Part shown: one piece after another, positions 20,408-29,266 of the stretch
Layout of the letters: each line of letters starts with the position of its first letter
Position numbering within the stretch: the stretch's first letter is position 1
Assembly (NCBI GenBank): GCA_051654865.1
Contig: JBOFYV010000007.1
Span: 32,053-96,052 of the forward strand
From: Peptostreptococcaceae bacterium
GTDB lineage: Bacteria; Bacillota; Clostridia; Peptostreptococcales; Peptostreptococcaceae
Direction: 5' to 3'
DNA: 64,000 bases
Notes under the pieces: generated by a model
The model's input: only the letters and a program-made list of their open reading frames with translations
What the model was told of the DNA's origin: nothing
Database searches by the model: none
Position numbers and translations under genes: made by a program

Positions 20408-20827
20408 TTGGATTTTGAAAAATTATTAAAGTTAATAGATGTAGTAGATAAAGCATCCTTTTCAAAGTTTAATTACAAAGAAAATTCTATTGAAATAAAT
20501 ATAGAGAAAAGCGTATTAAATGAAAAATATATGAAGAGAGAAATGCTAAGAGAAGAAAGTAAGATTAATGATAAGTTAGATTGTGATATTTATGAGATAA
20601 AATCACCATTAATAGGTACATTTTATATATCACCATCTCCTGATGAAAAACCATTTGTATCTGTTGGTCAAAAAGTAAGTAAGGGAGACGTTATAGGAAT
20701 AATTGAAGCTATGAAGATTATGAATGAAGTAACTAGTAGCGAAGATGGAATTATAGAAGAAATTTTAGTTAAAAGCAATGATATTGTTGAGTATGGACAA
20801 AGTATATTAAAGGTGAAAAGAATTTGA
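20408..20827 (+). CDS. accB: biotin carboxyl carrier protein (biotinyl domain, AMKM attachment motif)
   Basis: 139 aa; EAMKIMNEV biotinylation motif; TTG start with RBS taggaggga. Confidence 0.75.
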   Translation: MDFEKLLKLIDVVDKASFSKFNYKENSIEINIEKSVLNEKYMKREMLREESKINDKLDCDIYEIKSPLIGTFYISPSPDEKPFVSVGQKVSKGDVIGIIEAMKIMNEVTSSEDGIIEEILVKSNDIVEYGQSILKVKRI

Positions 20828-20842
20828 TTTGGAGAATTAAAT

Positions 20843-22186
20843 ATGATAAAAAAAATTTTGATTGCTAATAGGGGAGAAATAGCAGTAAGGATTATTAGAA
20901 CATGTAAACTATTAAAAATAAAAACTGTGGCAGTATATTCACTAGCAGATGAGATGTCACTACATACAGAACTAGCAGATGAAAAGATATGTATAGGTCC
21001 ACCAAATCCAAAAGAGAGCTATTTAGATATGTATAAAATAATAAGTGCAGCACTAGCTACTAATAGTGATGCAATACATCCAGGTTTTGGGTTCTTATCA
21101 GAAAATAGTGAGTTTGTAAATTTATGCAAAGAGCACAATATAAAATTTATAGGGCCTAGTAGTGACGTAATAGATATGATGGGAAATAAAAGTAGTGCGA
21201 GAAATACAATGATAGATGCAAATGTACCCGTAGTTCCAGGTAGTAAAGAAGCTGTTTATGATGTAATAGATGGAAAAAAAGTTGCCAATAAAATAGGGTA
21301 TCCGGTAATAGTAAAAGCATCCTCAGGTGGGGGAGGCAAAGGAATGAGAATTGTTGAACGTGAAAATGATTTTATAAAATTATTTAACTTGGCTCAAAAA
21401 GAGTCATTAAATGGATTTGATAATGATGCTATGTATATTGAAAAATATATAAAAAATCCTAAACATATTGAAGTACAAATACTAGGAGATAAATACAAAA
21501 ACATTGTACATTTAGGAGAAAGAGATTGTTCTATTCAAAGAAATCACCAAAAGATGATAGAAGAATCTCCAGCAGTATTTTTAACAGAAGAGACTAGAAT
21601 TAAATTACTAGAGTGTGCTGTAAGGGCAGCAAAAGCAGTAAACTATGAAAATGCAGGTACTATTGAGTTTTTAGTAGATAATAATCAAAACTTTTATTTT
21701 ATAGAAATGAATACTAGAATTCAAGTAGAGCATCCTGTTACAGAGATGGTAACAGGTATTGATTTGATAAAAGAGCAAATTAAAATAGCTAGTGGAGAAA
21801 AATTATCTTTTGCTCAAGAAGATGTAAATATAAAAGGACACTCTATAGAGTGTAGAATTAATGCTGAAATACCGACAAATAACTTTATGCCTTGTCCTGG
21901 AAAAATAAAGAGTATGCATTTACCTGGAGGATTTGGTGTTAGAGTAGATACAGCTATATATGTTGGCTATAAAATACCAACTAATTATGACTCAATGATA
22001 GCAAAGGTTATTGTTTATGGAAATGATAGAAATGAAGCCATAGAGAAAATGAAAGTTGCACTAGATGAATTAGTTATAGTTGGTGTGGAGACTAATGCAG
22101 ATTTTCAATATTCAATAATGAACAACAAAACATATTTATATGCAAATGCAAACACTGGATTTATTGAATCATTGAGTAAAAAGTAA
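20843..22186 (+). CDS. accC: biotin carboxylase (ATP-grasp)
   Basis: 447 aa; canonical AccC N-terminus KKILIANRGEIAVRIIRT and ATP-grasp motifs. Confidence 0.85.
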   Translation: MIKKILIANRGEIAVRIIRTCKLLKIKTVAVYSLADEMSLHTELADEKICIGPPNPKESYLDMYKIISAALATNSDAIHPGFGFLSENSEFVNLCKEHNIKFIGPSSDVIDMMGNKSSARNTMIDANVPVVPGSKEAVYDVIDGKKVANKIGYPVIVKASSGGGGKGMRIVERENDFIKLFNLAQKESLNGFDNDAMYIEKYIKNPKHIEVQILGDKYKNIVHLGERDCSIQRNHQKMIEESPAVFLTEETRIKLLECAVRAAKAVNYENAGTIEFLVDNNQNFYFIEMNTRIQVEHPVTEMVTGIDLIKEQIKIASGEKLSFAQEDVNIKGHSIECRINAEIPTNNFMPCPGKIKSMHLPGGFGVRVDTAIYVGYKIPTNYDSMIAKVIVYGNDRNEAIEKMKVALDELVIVGVETNADFQYSIMNNKTYLYANANTGFIESLSKK

Positions 22187-22221
22187 TATGAAATGTTTTA
22201 AATAATGTATATGGGGGTCTT

Positions 22222-22992
22222 ATGTTTAATATTGATTTAAATTGTGATTGTGGGGAAAGCTTTGGAAGATACAAATTGGGCATAGATGAAGAAATTATAA
22301 AATATATAACATCAGCTAATATAGCTTGTGGATTTCATGGTGGAGATCCTTTAGTTATAGAAAGTACCGTAAAGCTTGCAAAAGATAATGGGGTAAGCAT
22401 AGGAGCACATCCTGGTTTTTTAGATTTAATGGGATTTGGAAGACGAAATATGGAGCTTAGCTTTAATGAAGCCAAAGCATATACAACATATCAAATTGGA
22501 GCATTGTATGCATTTTGCAAATCTTTAAAAGTGGATTTGATTCATATAAAGCCACATGGTGCTATGTATAATATGGCAACAAAGGATGAAAAATTATCTA
22601 GAGCTATTTGTGAGTCTATATATGAATTTGATAAAGATTTAATTATATTAGCTCCCTATAACAGCGCAATGATAAAAATAGCAAACGATATAGGTATTAA
22701 ATATGCTAAAGAAGCTTTTGTAGATAGAGCATATGAAGAAGATGGCTCGCTAGTTAGTAGAAGCAAAGAAGGTGCGATAATTGAGGATGAAAATGAGGCA
22801 ATAGATAGAGTAATAGATATTATTAAGCGTAAAAAAGTAAAATCGATTAGTGGAAAATATATAGATATTGAAGCTGATTCAATATGTGTTCATGGAGATA
22901 ATATTAAGGCATTAGAGTTTTTGAAAAATATTAGAACAAGTTTAGAATTAGAAAAAATAAATATAGCACCTTTTAAAGAATTTATATATTAA
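22222..22992 (+). CDS. pxpA: 5-oxoprolinase subunit A (LamB/YcsF family)
   Basis: 256 aa; [16 protein letters not shown]-terminus diagnostic of LamB/YcsF. Confidence 0.8.
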   Translation: MFNIDLNCDCGESFGRYKLGIDEEIIKYITSANIACGFHGGDPLVIESTVKLAKDNGVSIGAHPGFLDLMGFGRRNMELSFNEAKAYTTYQIGALYAFCKSLKVDLIHIKPHGAMYNMATKDEKLSRAICESIYEFDKDLIILAPYNSAMIKIANDIGIKYAKEAFVDRAYEEDGSLVSRSKEGAIIEDENEAIDRVIDIIKRKKVKSISGKYIDIEADSICVHGDNIKALEFLKNIRTSLELEKINIAPFKEFIY

Positions 22993-23004
22993 GGGGGATT
23001 TTTA

Positions 23005-24279
23005 ATGATAGAAAAAGTAGCGTCAAATAAAATAAAAAAAGAAAATAATAAACTAAAAGAAAGGCTTAGAAATATAGGTCCTGGAGCATTAATTGCAGCA
23101 GGATTTATAGGGCCGGGAACAATAACTACATGTACAAAATCTGGAGCAAGTAGTGGATATACATTACTGTGGGCTATGTTATTTTCTACTGTAGCTACGA
23201 TAATATTTCAAGAAATGTCAGCTAGACTTGGGATAGTGACTCAAAAAGGTCTAGGAGAGAATATTAGAGAAAAAATATCGCATAAAATATTGAAAACATT
23301 CGCGGTAACGATAGTAATAGTTGCTATATTTATAGGTAATATTGCTTATGAAACTGGAAACTTAGTAGGAGGTTCAATGGGACTTTCAACATTAGTTCCA
23401 TCAGTACCTAATCAAATATGGGCACCTCTATTAGGTGTATTGGCATTTATGTTATTGTGGTCAGGTAACTATAAGAAAATAGAAAAAATATTGATAGCTT
23501 TAGTTTTAATTATGAGCGTTACATTTTTTAGTACAGCTATATTATCCAAACCAGATATAGGAGCGATACTAAAAGGAATGTTTATTCCAAGCGCGGGTAC
23601 AAATGATTGGCTAACTATAGTAGGATTAATAGGGACTACAGTGGTTCCGTATAATTTATTTCTTCATGCATCATCAGTATCAGAGCGTTGGAAAAATAAA
23701 GAAGATTTAAAAAATGCAAGAATAGACACTGTAATATCAATAGGTTTGGGAGGATTAATATCTATAGCAGTAATAGTATCTGCATCAGCATCATTTTATG
23801 GAAGTGATGTAGTTATAGATAGTGGTGCAATAATGGCTCAACAATTAGAACCTTTACTGGGGTCATGGGCAAAGTGGTTCTTTGGTATAGGTTTATTTGC
23901 AGCAGGTTTTACCTCTTCAATAACAGCGCCATTATCAGCAGCATTTGCTACAGCAGGAGCACTAGGATATAAAAAAGATATGAAAAGTATTAAATTTAAA
24001 TCTATATGGATAGTAGTACTGGGAGTGGGAATAATATTAAGTGCGATAGGTATGTCATCAAGTCCTATGGAACTTATATTAGTAGCACAAGCTGCAAATG
24101 CAATAATACTACCAATAATAGCAATTTTCTTAATGTATGTATTAAACCATAATGACTTAGGTGAGTTTAAAAATAAGCTTTGGAACAATATATTAGGAAT
24201 AGGTATATTATGTGTAACGCTAGTTATAAGTTACAGGTCCTTATTATCATTTGCAAGTACTTTTAAAAGTTTACTTTAA
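23005..24279 (+). CDS. mntH: Nramp-family divalent metal (Mn2+/Fe2+) transporter
   Basis: 424 aa; GPGALIAAGFIGPGTITT Nramp signature; 11-12 TM helices; last gene of the pxp-acc operon. Confidence 0.7.
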   Translation: MIEKVASNKIKKENNKLKERLRNIGPGALIAAGFIGPGTITTCTKSGASSGYTLLWAMLFSTVATIIFQEMSARLGIVTQKGLGENIREKISHKILKTFAVTIVIVAIFIGNIAYETGNLVGGSMGLSTLVPSVPNQIWAPLLGVLAFMLLWSGNYKKIEKILIALVLIMSVTFFSTAILSKPDIGAILKGMFIPSAGTNDWLTIVGLIGTTVVPYNLFLHASSVSERWKNKEDLKNARIDTVISIGLGGLISIAVIVSASASFYGSDVVIDSGAIMAQQLEPLLGSWAKWFFGIGLFAAGFTSSITAPLSAAFATAGALGYKKDMKSIKFKSIWIVVLGVGIILSAIGMSSSPMELILVAQAANAIILPIIAIFLMYVLNHNDLGEFKNKLWNNILGIGILCVTLVISYRSLLSFASTFKSLL

Positions 24280-24287
24280 TTTTTAAG

Positions 24288-24320
24288 AAAAGACCTTTGT
24301 TTCTAAAGAGGTCTTTTTTT
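24288..24320 (+). terminator. rho-independent terminator
   Basis: agaccttt gtttctaa agaggtct followed by ttttttt. Confidence 0.7.
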
Positions 24321-24410
24321 GTATATATTGATGACAATAAAATAAAATATTCCATATAGATAAAATATACTAGAAGAGTTTTATTTGTTATATAGTATTT
24401 TAAATTTATT

Positions 24411-24438
24411 AAAGAGCTCAAGAGAGCTCTTTTTTTAT
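24411..24438. terminator. bidirectional terminator
   Basis: aaagagctc aaga gagctctttttttat; on the minus strand it is followed by a U-rich tract and sits just after the stop of the Cys-rich gene. Confidence 0.7.
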
Positions 24439-24440
24439 TA

Positions 24441-24776
24441 TTAGCAAGTGGAACAAGGGCAATTATAGTTAGTAGAGATTTCTCTAACACAAATATTAAT
24501 TGGGTTTGTTGATACTAAACTAATTACGCCACTACAATTAACATTTACAGTTACTAAAACAACACTTGTAACAGGAGTTGATGTGACAACTGTTTTTTGT
24601 GCTATATAATAATATACAGTTTGGCAATTACATTTTTCTAGTACTAATAGAGGAACATAAGTAGTACCTAAGATATTGCCAATAGCTGTGTTGAAAATTT
24701 GTAATTGAGCAGCTGTTAATGGTGCGAAATTACCACAAGTATAAGTGTTATTTTGGTTACAATTATTTTGTACCAT
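24441..24776 (-). CDS. small cysteine-rich protein (9 Cys in 111 aa), possible spore coat/exosporium component
   Basis: RBS ggag 9 nt upstream; no signal peptide; beta-strand-rich core with terminal Cys clusters (C6, C14, C49-x-C51, C81, C96, C106-x-C108, C111); isolated monocistronic unit. Confidence 0.55.
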   Translation of the reverse strand: MVQNNCNQNNTYTCGNFAPLTAAQLQIFNTAIGNILGTTYVPLLVLEKCNCQTVYYYIAQKTVVTSTPVTSVVLVTVNVNCSGVISLVSTNPINICVREISTNYNCPCSTC

Positions 24777-24830
24777 AATAGCATCTCCAATATTATATTT
24801 AGAATAGTATAAAAATACGATTCTATGAAA

Positions 24831-24860
24831 TATTATATGTATTTAAAATCAAAATGTGAC
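24831..24860 (-). promoter_or_regulatory. candidate sigma-K-type (or sigma-A) promoter for the Cys-rich protein
   Basis: minus strand reads AC-16nt-CATATAATA, about 55 nt upstream of the start; AT-rich context makes a chance match possible. Confidence 0.25.
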
Positions 24861-25125
24861 AAAATAAATAAAAAAAGACTATACCTTAAATCCGATCAGG
24901 TATAGTCTAAATACAAAATATATTATAAAAAGGGGTTTATTAGGGAATATATTTTATTTGGGGAGTAAATTGGTTATTAGGGGAATAACCATGTATTAAT
25001 AATAACATTGCTTCCCAGAAAAAGCAACAAAAAACGACAAAAAAATTGAAAAAAATGAATGAGTAGCTAAAATAAACAAATAATATGTTTGAGGTCTAAT
25101 TTGTTATTGAAAGAGGTTGTGCAAA

Positions 25126-26484
25126 ATGATTTTGACGAAAGATAAATATTTTTATAAGACAGCACTTAATATAGCACTACCAATAGCTATACAAAATCTT
25201 ATTACTTTTTCTGTAAGTATGGCGGATACAGTAATGCTTGGAAACTTAGGTGAATTAAGCTTATCAGCATCATCAATAGGTAATCATCTAGGATTTTTTT
25301 TAATGGTATTAATGTTTGGTGTTGGAGGTGGTGCTAGTGTTATGGCATCTCAATATTACGGACAAAAAGATGTAGATTCTATACATAAGGTGATTGCTAT
25401 TATGTACAGAGTGTGCATTATACTTAGTGTATTTTTCGCACTTATAGCTATAATTACACCTAAATTGTTTATGAATATATATACAAATGATATAGAGGTT
25501 ATAAATGAAGGGGTATTATATATTCGAATAATTGGAATTAGTTATATATTTTACTCTATTACAAATTGTACAATTTCTATATTAAGGTCTGTAAAAACAG
25601 TAAGAATTTCGCTATTAGTATATTCAATTTCGTTAATTATAAATATATTTTTTAACTATATATTAATTTTTGGGAAGCTAGGATTTCCAGTATTAGGCAT
25701 AAGAGGAGCTGCTATTGCAACCGTTATATCAAGAATAGCTGAATTTTTAATAGTATTAATATTTATAATATATTTTGAAAAGAAGATACATCTAAGGTTT
25801 AAAGATATTACAGTTATAGATAAAGATATGATTAGTAATTTTAAAAAGGTATGCACACCTATAATATTAAATGAACTATTTTGGGCAATAGGTTCAACTA
25901 TAATTTCAATAATAGTAGGTAGAATGGGAAGAGTAGTAGTAGCTGCAAATAGTATAAATAATGTAACTTTCCAGTTTGCATCATTATTTGTTTTTGGACT
26001 TGCTAGTGCATCTTCAGTAATTATAGGTAATATTATAGGTGAAGGAAAGTACGAAAAAGCTAAAGAATATGCAAGTACAATATGTATTTTAAGTTTTGCT
26101 ATGGGGATTTTATCAGGATTAACTATATACTTAGTGAGACCGATAGTGGTTAATTTTTATAATGTATCACAAAGTACAAAAGTAATAGCTATGCAAATAA
26201 TGATAGCTACATCTATAATAGCTATATTTAAATCTTTAACATCAAATATAATGATGGGAGTACTAAGAGGTGGTGGTGATAACAAATTTGTTTTTAAAGT
26301 TGAAATGATTTTTTTATGGTGTATATCAATTCCCCTAGGATTATTAAGTGCTTTTGTATTTAAATTACCTATATTTGTAATATTTATAGCAATTAAAATA
26401 GATGAAGTTTTAAAAGCGTTAGTAGGCATACTAAGGCTAAAAAGTGGAAAATGGATAAAAGATTTTACAAGAGGATATAAATAA
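25126..26484 (+). CDS. MATE-family efflux transporter
   Basis: about 452 aa; MATE topology; RBS aaagaggt before ATG 25126. Confidence 0.8.
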   Translation: MILTKDKYFYKTALNIALPIAIQNLITFSVSMADTVMLGNLGELSLSASSIGNHLGFFLMVLMFGVGGGASVMASQYYGQKDVDSIHKVIAIMYRVCIILSVFFALIAIITPKLFMNIYTNDIEVINEGVLYIRIIGISYIFYSITNCTISILRSVKTVRISLLVYSISLIINIFFNYILIFGKLGFPVLGIRGAAIATVISRIAEFLIVLIFIIYFEKKIHLRFKDITVIDKDMISNFKKVCTPIILNELFWAIGSTIISIIVGRMGRVVVAANSINNVTFQFASLFVFGLASASSVIIGNIIGEGKYEKAKEYASTICILSFAMGILSGLTIYLVRPIVVNFYNVSQSTKVIAMQIMIATSIIAIFKSLTSNIMMGVLRGGGDNKFVFKVEMIFLWCISIPLGLLSAFVFKLPIFVIFIAIKIDEVLKALVGILRLKSGKWIKDFTRGYK

Positions 26485-26600
26485 AAAAAACAAAATTTCA
26501 CATAATAATTTTAGTACTTTTAATAATCTATATTGGATATTCGTATATATCTGCTAGTAAGAAATAAGTTAAAAATCATAACTTAAGAAGGGAGATCCTT

Positions 26601-26885
26601 ATGGATGATATTGTCACCTTTTCTTTAATAGTTATAATATTGTTAGCGAGTTTCCAATTGGTAGATTCAATACAAATATTTATGCAAAGGAATAAAGGCA
26701 ATCCTAAAAAGATATTGAAATTTGGGATAATACGTTTAGTTACTATATTCTTAGCATTAACATCTTTTGCTTATTTAACTGGATTGTCAAATTGGATTAT
26801 TAATAGTATATTAATATTAATGGCAATTGTTATTGCTATATTTGTACTAATGATTAAAGTTATGTACAAAAACAATATTAATTAA
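26601..26885 (+). CDS. small hypothetical membrane protein (3 TM)
   Basis: 94 aa, hydrophobic; RBS gaagggag. Confidence 0.45.
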   Translation: MDDIVTFSLIVIILLASFQLVDSIQIFMQRNKGNPKKILKFGIIRLVTIFLALTSFAYLTGLSNWIINSILILMAIVIAIFVLMIKVMYKNNIN

Positions 26886-26916
26886 GCTACTTATTTTTAA
26901 TAAGTAGCTTTTAATA
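26884..26916 (+). terminator. rho-independent terminator
   Basis: aagctactta ttttta taagtagctt followed by ttaat. Confidence 0.7.
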
Positions 26917-27139
26917 TGTAAAGTAGTATCATTGTATAAACATAATAAATATGATAATATAAATTAAAATAATTATAGTGGAGGAAGTTTTATGAAAAAA
27001 ACAATATACAATGAGTCGGGAGTTAGACTTCTTAATAAATAGGGAGTTTAATAAGATATAAAATTTTAATAAGCCCTATTTATAAGAAGTCTAAATAGAA
27101 TACTAAATAGACATTTATAAATAGAGGAGAAATAAATCA

Positions 27140-29044
27140 ATGAATTTAAATACAATAGAAAAGCTTCAGCTAAATGAAGTAAAAGAATTAGTTAAAGTAC
27201 ACTGTGTAAGTAGTCTTGGAAAAGAGCTTGTAGATAAATTAAGTCCTAGCGGTAACACAAATATAGTAAGAAGAAGACTAAAAGAAAATGAAGAAGCTAG
27301 AAAAATACTAGAAAATAGTAACTATATTCCGTTAGAAGGACTATTTAATATAACATCAACTATAGAAAAGGTTGAGAAGGGTATGATATTAGACCCTACA
27401 GAACTTATACGTATAGAAGATTTCTTAAGAGGTTGTAGAAAGATAAAATCATTTATGGTTGATAAAGAATTTTACTCTCCTACATTAAGTTCATATGCAC
27501 TAAATATTACAGAGTGCAAAAACATTGAAGAAGAAATATTATACAGTATAAAAGGTAATAAAGTAGACTCTAATGCATCAAAAGAATTAAAAAAGATACG
27601 TAGAAACATTGAAGTATGTGAAAGTAAAATAAAAGAAAGAATAAATAAATTTTTAACTTCAAGTGTAAATAAAAAATATATACAAGAATTTATAGTTAGT
27701 AAAAGAGATGATAGATATGTTGTGCCTATAAAAGCATCATATAAAAATGAAGTAGATGGAGTTATACTTGATACATCATCTAAAGGTAATACCGTATTTA
27801 TAGAGCCAAGAAGTATATCTAAGTTTAGTGTAGAACTTATAACTTTAAGGTCGGAGGAATTAATAGAAGAATACAAAATACTATCATACTTAACTGAGCT
27901 TGTATCTGAAAGAATAAATGAAATAAATCTAAATATGGAAATAATATCAGAATATGATTTAGTATTTGCAAAGGCTAAATTTAGCCAAAATACTAATGGT
28001 ATTACACCTAAATTAAACAATAATGGATATATAAAAATCAAAAATGGAAAACACCCTCTTTTAAATAAAGATTGTGTACCTCTTAATGTTGAAATAGGAA
28101 AAAATTATAGAAGTTTAATAATTACAGGACCTAATGCAGGAGGAAAAACAGTTGCATTAAAAACAGTGGGAATACTTACACTAATGGTACAATGTGGATT
28201 TGATATCTGTGCAAGTAAAGACACCGAGATGAGTGTGTTTGAAAAAGTATTTGTTGATATAGGTGATAATCAAAGTATAAAAAATGCACTAAGTACTTTT
28301 TCATCCCACATAAAAAATATATCAGATATTTTAAAATCATCAAATAAATCAACATTAGTATTATTTGATGAAATAGGTAGTGGAACTGAGCCCAATGAAG
28401 GTGCAGGACTTGCTATATCAATATTAGAAGAATTTTACCAAATGGGATGTATAACAATAGCATCTACTCATTATGGAGAGATAAAAAAATTTGCAAACCT
28501 ACATCCAGAGTTTGAAAATGCGGGTATGATGTTTGATAAAGAAACGCTAGAACCTATGTATAAGCTGACTATAGGAACTTCTGAAGATAGTAATGCGCTA
28601 TTTATATCTAGAAAAATGGGTATAATGGAAAAAGTATTAAGACGTGCAAAAAAATATATAAATGATAGAGAATATAACCTAGAACGAGTAAAATTCACTA
28701 AAATATCATCAAATACTAATCCTGAAGATGATATTTTAGTAAATGAAATGCCGATATATGATATTGGTGATAAAATAAAGCTATTAGATAAAGAAGATTT
28801 TGCAATTATATACAAGCCAGTAGATAAGTTTAACAACGTAGAAGTTTTATACAAAGATGAATTTATAACTATAAATGTAAAAAAGGTTGAGTTGTTTTTA
28901 AAAGCTAAGGACTTATATCCACCAGGTTATGATTTAGATACATTATTTACTAGTTATGAAGATAGAAAACTAGAAAAAGATATTAAAAGAGGATCTAAAA
29001 AAGCATTAAAGAAAATACAAAAAGAAATAAAAAATAAGAAATAA
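27140..29044 (+). CDS. MutS2-family ATPase paralog lacking the C-terminal Smr domain
   Basis: 634 aa; MutS domain V Walker A TGPNAGGKTVALKTVG; MutS2-like N-terminal region; ends in a short KOW-like Lys-rich tail instead of Smr. Confidence 0.7.
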   Translation: MNLNTIEKLQLNEVKELVKVHCVSSLGKELVDKLSPSGNTNIVRRRLKENEEARKILENSNYIPLEGLFNITSTIEKVEKGMILDPTELIRIEDFLRGCRKIKSFMVDKEFYSPTLSSYALNITECKNIEEEILYSIKGNKVDSNASKELKKIRRNIEVCESKIKERINKFLTSSVNKKYIQEFIVSKRDDRYVVPIKASYKNEVDGVILDTSSKGNTVFIEPRSISKFSVELITLRSEELIEEYKILSYLTELVSERINEINLNMEIISEYDLVFAKAKFSQNTNGITPKLNNNGYIKIKNGKHPLLNKDCVPLNVEIGKNYRSLIITGPNAGGKTVALKTVGILTLMVQCGFDICASKDTEMSVFEKVFVDIGDNQSIKNALSTFSSHIKNISDILKSSNKSTLVLFDEIGSGTEPNEGAGLAISILEEFYQMGCITIASTHYGEIKKFANLHPEFENAGMMFDKETLEPMYKLTIGTSEDSNALFISRKMGIMEKVLRRAKKYINDREYNLERVKFTKISSNTNPEDDILVNEMPIYDIGDKIKLLDKEDFAIIYKPVDKFNNVEVLYKDEFITINVKKVELFLKAKDLYPPGYDLDTLFTSYEDRKLEKDIKRGSKKALKKIQKEIKNKK

Positions 29045-29083
29045 ATATGATATCTTAGTGTGATTCAATAGATATTATAGTAA

Positions 29084-29122
29084 AAAAGAGTAAATTTATT
29101 TAATAAGCTTACTCTTTTTTTG
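29084..29122 (+). terminator. rho-independent terminator
   Basis: aaaagagtaa ...15 nt... ttactctttttttg. Confidence 0.75.
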
Positions 29123-29266
29123 TAATAAAAATATTATTATTATTTAATTCAAATACTAACATAATATTGATACAAGTGGATATACATTGAATCCTATCAC
29201 ATTTATAAAAAGTTAGCATATATATATACTAGATTAATTATATGATTATTCTAATATATATATAAG

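Noticed and set aside
27472-28041. 189-aa and other long antisense ORFs (for example 13775..14098, 23838..24188, 30400..30810, 55677..56081, 32465..32797)
   Set aside because: All lie entirely within, and opposite to, strongly supported coding genes. They are typical AT-rich antisense open frames with no RBS.
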